From: Vitrella brassicaformis CCMP3155
Lineage: Eukaryota; Protista; Chromerida
Reading direction: 5' to 3'
DNA: 6,398 nt
Assembly (NCBI GenBank): GCA_001179505.1
Contig: CDMY01001006.1
Location: 1 to 6,398, forward strand
The notes beneath the pieces are model-generated. The model had not been told where the DNA came from, did no database searches, and was given only the letters and a program-made list of their open reading frames with translations. How positions within the stretch are numbered: the stretch's first letter is position 1; each line of letters begins with the position of its first letter. The position numbers and the translations under genes were made by a program. Shown here piece by piece: positions 1 through 5,812 of this stretch.

Positions 1-200
1 ACACAAAACACCGAAGCAGCAGCTGACTGAAGCATTTCAACGCTTCATCTGCCTCTTTCGCTGCCACCTTACCCTCTCTGACCGTCTGAGAGCTCCAGAG
101 TGGCAGGTAACGTGGCGGTTATCGTTCACGTTCACTCGTTCCCGTTCACTCTCATTCGAAGTTCACTCTCGTCCTGTCCATGCGAATTTTATTTTTTTTA

Positions 201-513
201 CCTTTGTCCGGAACAATTGCAGCAGCGGTTTCAGGGAGCACCCTAGGCGGCCTGGCGGCCAAGTCCCCTGTCGGTCTGTCCAACATGAAAACACGCACCC
301 GGACACGCAACACGCAACACGCAGCACGCAGAGGGCAGATGCAGCAAACGGGAGGATATGCAATGCGCTGCGAACGACGGCAACATACAGGCAGGCACAC
401 AACGTCGCACACACGCCACCCCAGCAGCAGCTTGGAGGCGGCGTGCATGCGTGCATCCTGCACCATGACTCCATACGTAGATACCGCCCATCCCTTTGTC
501 CGGAACAATTGCA
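201..513. repeat. 21-bp perfect direct repeat CCTTTGTCCGGAACAATTGCA at 201-221 and 493-513
   Basis: Exact match of both copies, 292 nt apart; near-dyad TTGT-CCGG-A-ACAA core plus palindrome CAATTG. Confidence 0.9.
303..330. repeat. 7-mer tandem repeat (ACACGCA)3 plus GCACGCA
   Basis: Read directly. Confidence 0.85.
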
Positions 514-807
514 CAATTGCGAGCTATTCCCCGGTGACAACACGGCCGCGTAGAGTGTCGGGCAGATGCCCAAGGAGCTGCTGTGATGCTGTCGATCACC
601 ACAGATGCTGCCGCCATCTCCCTGAGTGACGCCGTTCGGACAAATTGAGGCGGGAGAGGGCAACCAGGGGAAGGGAAGCGAAGCGCTGAGCAATGACAGC
701 CTGTGTGCTTTCTGTGTGTTTATTGGAAGATTTGGTGCCTTTGAGTATCGTTGTGCGGTTGAGCGACAGAGGAGGAGGGCACTCCATCGTAGGTATCTGA
801 GACCATC

Positions 808-828
808 ATGGGCAGCCAAGCAACCAAG
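808..828 (+). other. 21-nt first coding micro-exon (MGSQATK), candidate N-myristoylation signal
   Basis: ATG GGC AGC CAA GCA ACC AAG is followed by donor GTACGG, and the next exon starts directly after GTGTGCAG at 930 in phase 0. It matches the M-G-x-x-x-[ST]-K N-myristoyltransferase consensus. Confidence 0.68.
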
Positions 829-2316
829 GTACGGGAAGCGAAAGAAAGCCGCTCGGATGTTCACATATGAGGCGACACACGTGCATTCACTGATTTGATT
901 TCCGTGATGTGTCTGTCGCGGGTGTGCAGATGTCGGGTGCTGCTGCTGCTGGAGGTGGTGGAGGCTCTGTGGCTGACGAGCCATCCTCGTCGGCTGCGTC
1001 TGCCGCCAATGGTAACCAACACGTTCGCTGCAGAAGGACACGACAATGCCGGCACACAGCTGTCTGTCTGTCTGTCTGTGTGGCGTTTTGCAGGTGCGGC
1101 CAGGGCATCGTCGGCGAACCAGCAGCAGCATCAGCGCACCATCGATGCCTCTCATGTGCCGCAAGATCTCGCCCCGACGGTTGCCGAGTGCGTCAGGAGT
1201 TACTCACAGCTGGAGGCCCTCATCGACGCCCATCCCACCCAATTCACCGCCGCCGTCCTCCTGCCCATTCTCACCCGGCTGCTGCCCGGCGTGGTGGCCG
1301 CCATCTTTGGTGGCATGGTTGAGGTGCCATTGCCCCAGCTGGCCCTGGAAGTGGCTGCTTCGATGACTTCCCCTCATCGCAGCGCCGTAAGTCGCGCCCT
1401 CCTGCTTCTCGCGATGCGTCTGCTGGGTGTGCTACTGCCCATTGTCGGCCTCGGCTCATTTCTGATGCGCATCATCCCCCAGCTGCCCCTCCCTCAGTCA
1501 CTCAGCCACGGCTGCCGCATCGCAGTTGCCATCGAGCGGCTGACCCGCCGGCTGAAGAGGCTCGAGAGGGGCGGCGATTGGGCGAGGTGGAAGCCGCATT
1601 TGGAGATGCTTTATCTACTGAGAGGCAAGAGGCCTGTGGTGTTGGGCGATGAGCATTTCGACGCGTTTAGCAGCTGGGCGGCCATTATCGGCGAGAGGGA
1701 GGCCGTGCGGCAGTGGAAGGTACTCAGCCGGGGGGTCACTGTCGACCACAACGGCCAACAGAGACAGCTGATGGACGGCGACGGCATCCTCTTCGACCTG
1801 AGCTACTATGTTCCCGCCCTCCTGGCCTCTGCCAGCCGTCTCTTCCCTCACCACACATTCGACCCCGCCGACCCGCCCACAGAGCTGGGCTCCGCGACGT
1901 ACCCCAGCTACACATCAATGGTGGCATTCGAGCTGTTCTTCCGGCTTCGTGACGGCCACTTCCCCCGTTACATCAGAGAATTCCAGTCTCATCGTTCTGC
2001 TTCTGCTGCATCTCAGCGTGTGTGTGAGCTGCTGGCGGCCTCTCCCAGCGATGAGACACAGTGGGGGGCGGGGGCGATCGTGTTTGACAAGCAGTACTCT
2101 GACGGAGGGGGGCAGGTACGGCGGGTGGTGTTTGGGAGTGAGGTGATAGGCGAGGGGCACATGGTGGCCATTCAGCTGTGCGAGTGGGGTCATTCTCGTG
2201 ATGTCATTACATACTCAACCGAGTCGGCCCCCCACGACAAGACGCGCAATGTCGTGATGAGAGTGATGGGGGAGCACCTGGAGGGAAAGGTGTGGCGGGG
2301 GGAGAGGGAGCGGTGA
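808..2316 (+). CDS. Uncharacterised lineage-specific family protein, copy 1 (complete, 441 aa); exons 808-828, 930-1011, 1094-2316
   Basis: Read from sequence: ATG 808 (catcATGG) gives MGSQATK. Intron 829-929 (GTACGG...GTGTGCAG, phase 0) leads to MSGAAAAGGGGGSVADEPSSSAASAAN. Intron 1012-1093 (GTAACC...TTTTGCAG, phase 1, G|GT=Gly) joins exactly the frame of ORF 895..2316. Spliced length is 1326 nt = 442 codons. Splice sites are conserved in copy 2 and partly in copy 3. Copy 1 vs copy 3 differences after ERGG include many synonymous changes. No known domain recognised; hydrophobic segment at about 1387-1482. Confidence 0.82.
1060..1079. repeat. (CTGT)5 microsatellite in intron 2 of copy 1
   Basis: Read directly; absent from the same intron in copies 2 and 3. 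Confidence 0.9.
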
Positions 2317-2364
2317 GATGGTGGTGTGGTTGAGGGCAGTGTACAGGATGTCATTTTCAAGCAG

Positions 2365-2387
2365 CAGACAGACAGACAGACAGACAG
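2365..2387. repeat. (CAGA)5 microsatellite downstream of the copy 1 stop
   Basis: Read directly. Confidence 0.9.
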
Positions 2388-3045
2388 CAAGGCAGGCAAT
2401 GGGTTTTGTCTCTCTGCTTGTCTGCAGACCAGACGATGTCTACCTTTTCTTCTCTCTGTCTTGCTTTTCTTCTTGTGCGCACGAGTAGGAGAGAAAGGCC
2501 GATTCTTGTGCATGGTGTCTGCTGTGAGTGGACGGCTGCTGTGGTGTGGGTGAGTGACCGCTAGGCTTCAAATATATTAAAGACTGCTCAATGAAGTAAG
2601 AGTTTCTGCCCATTGGGTGGGCCGATCAAACACATTGATTGACACGGCAGACTCTTCAGCCCTCACAGGCCACCTCACTGCCTCCTCGACGAGCGGCGGA
2701 CTCCACACAGGCAGCCCATTGACACAGACAACACACACGCCACCTGACACGCACACATACACTGACCTGTTCGTCGAAAGGAATGCGCCATTGTCTGAAG
2801 TATTGTCTGAGGTCATGTTTGGCCGCCCGGCTGAGCCGCACCACCCACTGCCCACGCCTGTCCATCGCTAGCCGGCAAATAAGACACACATAAGCTTCCA
2901 GCAGAAACTGACCAAAGGACACGCACACAAATCACAGAGAGAGACAACCGTGTGGAACTCTTTCCCTCCATCCATCCCTCCCTCAGTGTCCCTTTTTGTC
3001 TGTCTCTCCGGTGTGTGTGTCCGCACGGCGGTGACTGATGCCATG

Positions 3046-3082
3046 GATGTGTGTGTGTGTGTGAGAGAGATAGATAGAGAGA
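3046..3082. repeat. Compound (TG)n/(AG)n microsatellite
   Basis: ATGTGTGTGTGTGTGTGAGAGAGATAGATAGAGAGAG read directly. Confidence 0.85.
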
Positions 3083-3393
3083 GGCAGCGGCTTTCCCTCT
3101 CCGAATGTCCGCATCCGTGGAGCTGTTGTTCGTGTGTGGGTTTGTGGACGTCAGACAGCATATTGGTGAGTGGGGTCGATCAGATGACGTGAGGCTTGAT
3201 GAAGTGGCCAATGAATGCGGTCCACGCACCACTTTCATGATCATTACCCGCCCTCGAGCACTACAAACACACACACTCTCTTGACAAAGAGCAAAAAGCG
3301 GCGCAGAGCGAGCCATCCATCCAGGCAGACAGGCAAAAAGTGCTGGCCTGCTTCACCAACCGAAGCACCCACAAGTGCAAAACACAATGAATA

Positions 3394-4270
3394 TCAGCGA
3401 CAAAGCCGAACAGACCAAAACTCTCTGTCGGTGCATTTCTTTTCAGCATCTGCCACAGCACATGGAGTCAGAAAGATAAACAGCAGGGCCGATGAGGTCT
3501 CCCAACGGCGGACCTTCACAGGACACACTATAGACCTGCACTCGAGTACCCACACAATCAATGAGCGAGGCAGCCACACGATGCCGTGGTCCCATTCCCT
3601 CCCTCTCTGTGTGTCCATACTCACGTGGTATCCGCCGCGGCATCCTTGGTAGTCGGCGTCTGCATGTGGGCCGCCAATGCAGTTCTCGTCAACGTCGCCG
3701 AGGTCGCACGTGACTACACAGCTCTGGAGCTCCCGCAGCTGCGGCTCTCCATCAGCCACGGCAGCAGCAGCAGGGTGGCCCTCCTGCCCATCGCTGCTGT
3801 CGGCAGCATTCACCTCCTCAAGACGGTGTCGTCGCGCAACGCACTCCGCAGAGCAATCGCTGATGCACGAGTCGATGCACTCGCCCCCCAGGCCCGACTC
3901 AGAGCAGAAACCGCCACAGAAGGCGCCTGCAGCCAAGTGCGAACACATGTGAAGTCATACAACCGATGAGTGGATGATGATCTCGAGCATTGACCATACC
4001 GCACAGATCGATGCATAGGGCCTCCGGGTCGACCTGAAGGCGCCGCGCCACAGCGCCGCCTGCCGCCACTGACGAGTCCTCTCTCTCTTGAACACCTGCA
4101 GCCACGGGCCATGAGTGGATGATCGTACCACCATGGGATCTCTGTCTGTTCGTGTGTGTGTCTGTGTGTGAGTATGTGTGTGTGTACCTCTGATGGCGGA
4201 TTTAGGTAGCTGTTGATGCGACGGCGAGGGTCAGCAGCATCAGGGCAACCGTCGAAGAGCAAGAGGCCAT
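3394..4270 (-). CDS. Secreted cysteine-rich precursor (about 185 aa if repaired); exons 4270-4188, 4095-4000, 3926-3625, 3535-3514, 3449-3394; 1-nt frameshift in exon 1 as given (pseudogene or sequence error)
   Basis: ATG 4270 in gcaATGg context gives signal peptide MASCSSTVALMLLTLAVAS. Introns are 4187-4096 (GTACAC..CTGCAG), 3999-3927 (GTATGG..CTGCAG), 3624-3536 (GTGAGT..GTGCAG) and 3513-3450 (GTCCGC..TGGCAG, weakest). Phases 1,1,0,1 all join and rebuild a regular Cys pattern across an exon boundary (LCIDLC|GAFCGGFC). The signal-peptide frame hits TAA at 4204-4202, while the frame needed for splicing (QLPKSAIRG) is offset by 1 nt. Confidence 0.72.
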
Positions 4271-4426
4271 TGCTGCTGTGGGACTGGTGGACACGGGGGC
4301 AAAGGTGTGTGCCGGTGGGAGGAGTGAACAGAAGCTGAGGCCGATGGCAAGGAGCCAAGGAGGGAGGTGTGCAGCTGGAGAAGTCGGTTGGCGATGGTTT
4401 GTTGTCCGTCTTTGAGCGCCTCATGG

Positions 4427-4460
4427 GACAGTAGACAGCAGGGGACAGCTGTCTACTGTC
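4427..4460. repeat. Perfect 13-bp inverted repeat (GACAGTAGACAGC / GCTGTCTACTGTC) with 8-nt loop
   Basis: 4427-4439 is the exact reverse complement of 4448-4460; two further G-T pairs flank it. Confidence 0.92.
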
Positions 4461-4626
4461 TTCGCATTGGAAAAATCCCTTTCTCCGCCCTTGCGAGCTC
4501 AGAGAGGTCAATCTGCATCGTGGCGCTAGCTGTGTTTCCAATTGTGTGTTGTCGATGGGCAGCAATGACGGCTGGCGGAGCTGAGATGGCCTCTGGGTGC
4601 AGGTTACCTCTCTCTCCTGACGCTTG

Positions 4627-4832
4627 GCTGACGAAAAGAGGTACGAGAGGACACTGGCGTGACACTGTGTGTGATGTATTTCTGTGTGTGCCTGTGGCAG
4701 ATCTGAGGCCTTCTTGCTTCTGACGCTGCTGAGTGAGGGAGGGCGAGAGAAGTCTGTCACAGCCAGCTGACTTACTGACATCCCCAGGAGCCGACTGAGG
4801 TGCGGTACACGAAAGAAAGCCACTCGGATGTT
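4627..4832 (+). repeat. 206-nt block A, near-identical to 5532-5737
   Basis: Base-by-base comparison at offset 905 found one mismatch (4659 G vs 5564 A). Confidence 0.93.
4641..4799 (+). other. Probable spliced 5' UTR of copy 2 (introns 4641-4700 and 4733-4787; exons 4701-4732 and 4788-4799), duplicated at +905 for copy 3
   Basis: Sites read GAG|GTACGA...CTGTGGCAG|, then GA|GTGAGG...CTGACTTACTGACATCCCCAG| with branch-point-like CTGAC motifs, then 12 nt GAGCCGACTGAG and donor GTGCGG at the position of the copy 1 micro-exon donor. The spliced exons give stops in all three frames, so they are non-coding. Confidence 0.45.
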
Positions 4833-4942
4833 GTCAGAGCGATGGCTCATGGCCCGATGCCGTCGGTAAGCATAAACTTGGGGCGCCACACATTCACTCA
4901 CTCATCTGACGTCTGTGTTCTGCCTGTGTGGGTGCGCAGATC

Positions 4943-5536
4943 ATGTCGGGTGCTGCGGCGGCTGATGGAGCTGGTGGCTCTGCTAACGAGCCATCCTCGT
5001 CCGCTGCGTCGGCCGCCGATGGTAACCAACACTTTCGCTGCCCAGAAGGACAACCCTGCAGAAGCACATGTGCGTGGCGTGTTTCAGGTGCCGGCAATGC
5101 ACCTTCTGCCCACCACCAGCAGCAGCATGATCACCTTATCAGTGCCGCTGATGTGCCTGAGGAGGCAATGGCAACAGTTGCCGAGTACGTCAGGAGCTAC
5201 TCACAGCTGGAGGCCCTCATCGACGCCCATCCCACCCAATTCACCGCCGCCGTCCTGCTGCCCATCCTCACACGACTGCTGCCCGTCGAGCTCAGAGAGG
5301 GGAATCTCGCATCTTCGGAGTCGCAGTGGCTTTGTGTGTGTCTTGGGCTGCTGCATTCGACTCGGGAAGGTTGCCTCATGCCGCGGCTTGGCTGCATTCG
5401 ACTCGTCATGTCTGTGGCGCTATGCTGTGTTTCCCCATGGGTGTTTCCATGTGTTGTCGATGGGCAGCACCGACAGCTGGCGGCGCTGAGAGGGCCTCTG
5501 GGTGCAGGTCACCTCTCTCTCTTGACGCTTCGCTGA
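4943..5536 (+). pseudogene. Family copy 2, 3'-truncated; homology ends at about 5286 and the frame reads on into duplicated upstream DNA to a stop at 5536
   Basis: Acceptor GCGCAG at 4939, then ATC ATG 4943 gives MSGAAAADGAGGSANEPSSSAASAAD. Intron 5022-5087 leads to GAGNAPSAHHQQQH...SYSQLEALIDAHPTQFTAAVLLPILTRLLP. From 5287 the DNA (CGAGCTCAGAGAGG) matches 4494 onward instead of the family CDS. Confidence 0.75.
5350..5405. repeat. 15-nt direct repeat GCTGCATTCGACTCG (5350-5364, 5391-5405) within the extra segment of duplication unit 2
   Basis: Exact match; lies in about 110 nt present in unit 2 but not unit 1 (offset changes from 793 to 905). Confidence 0.8.
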
Positions 5537-5737
5537 CGAAAAGAGGTACGAGAGGACACTGGCATGACACTGTGTGTGATGTATTTCTGTGTGTGCCTGT
5601 GGCAGATCTGAGGCCTTCTTGCTTCTGACGCTGCTGAGTGAGGGAGGGCGAGAGAAGTCTGTCACAGCCAGCTGACTTACTGACATCCCCAGGAGCCGAC
5701 TGAGGTGCGGTACACGAAAGAAAGCCACTCGGATGTT
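5532..5737 (+). repeat. 206-nt block B, near-identical to 4627-4832
   Basis: 205/206 identity by manual comparison; identity stops abruptly after GGATGTT. Confidence 0.93.
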
Positions 5738-5812
5738 CACAGGTCGATGAGGCGCCACCAATGGATTCATTGATGTGACGTCTGTCTTATGCTGTTTGTG
5801 AGTGGGCAGATC

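Larger units (their letters stand above)
4494..5286 (+). repeat. Tandem duplication unit 1 (upstream region plus 5' part of family gene); unit 2 starts at 5287
   Basis: CGAGCTCAGAGAGG occurs at 4494 and 5287. GTGGCGCTA(T)GCTGTGTTTCC and GTGTTGTCGATGGGCAGCA recur in the same order, followed by the near-identical block and the gene 5' ends. Confidence 0.8.

Noticed and set aside
1-175. Possible minus-strand exon with GTAAGG donor at 72 and clustered GTTCAC motifs (124, 130, 144, 161)
   Set aside because: Could belong to a divergent neighbouring gene, but too little lies in the window to define an exon or frame.
201-513. CRISPR-like repeat-spacer reading of the 21-bp repeat
   Set aside because: Only two copies, a 271-nt gap, no cas genes and an intron-containing eukaryotic context.
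180-629. 149-aa plus ORF with a signal-peptide-like start (MRILFFLPLSG)
   Set aside because: The hydrophobic start comes from a T-run and the body from 7-mer repeats (TRTRNTQHAA). No family features or splice support.
895-1093. N-terminal 66 aa of the 473-aa ORF (MISVMCLSRVCRC...)
   Set aside because: Read-through of intron 1, an off-frame reading of exon 2 and intron 2. The paralogues conserve the MSGAAAA frame and the splice sites, not this peptide.
163-1164. 333-aa minus-strand ORF and the similar 5420..6013 ORF
   Set aside because: Antisense shadows of the plus-strand paralogues. Their mutual similarity (IRxAFFRxP) only mirrors the conserved intron motif.
2790-2810. ATTGTCTGA repeated at 12-nt spacing
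   Set aside because: Too short to separate from ordinary slippage; no associated feature.
3586-3969. 127-aa plus ORF overlapping exon 3 of the Cys-rich gene
   Set aside because: Antisense shadow; the strong splice sites and Cys periodicity are on the minus strand.
4294-4374. Second signal-peptide-like stretch on the minus strand (HLPPWLLAIGLSFCSLL) upstream of ATG 4270
   Set aside because: No in-frame ATG after the TGA at 4423 and no in-phase upstream exon found; ATG 4270 has a good context and its own signal peptide.
3810-4901. 363-aa minus-strand ORF
   Set aside because: Crosses microsatellite introns and the UTR of copy 2; its spliced form lacks the Cys pattern and stops at 3810. Treated as a shadow frame.
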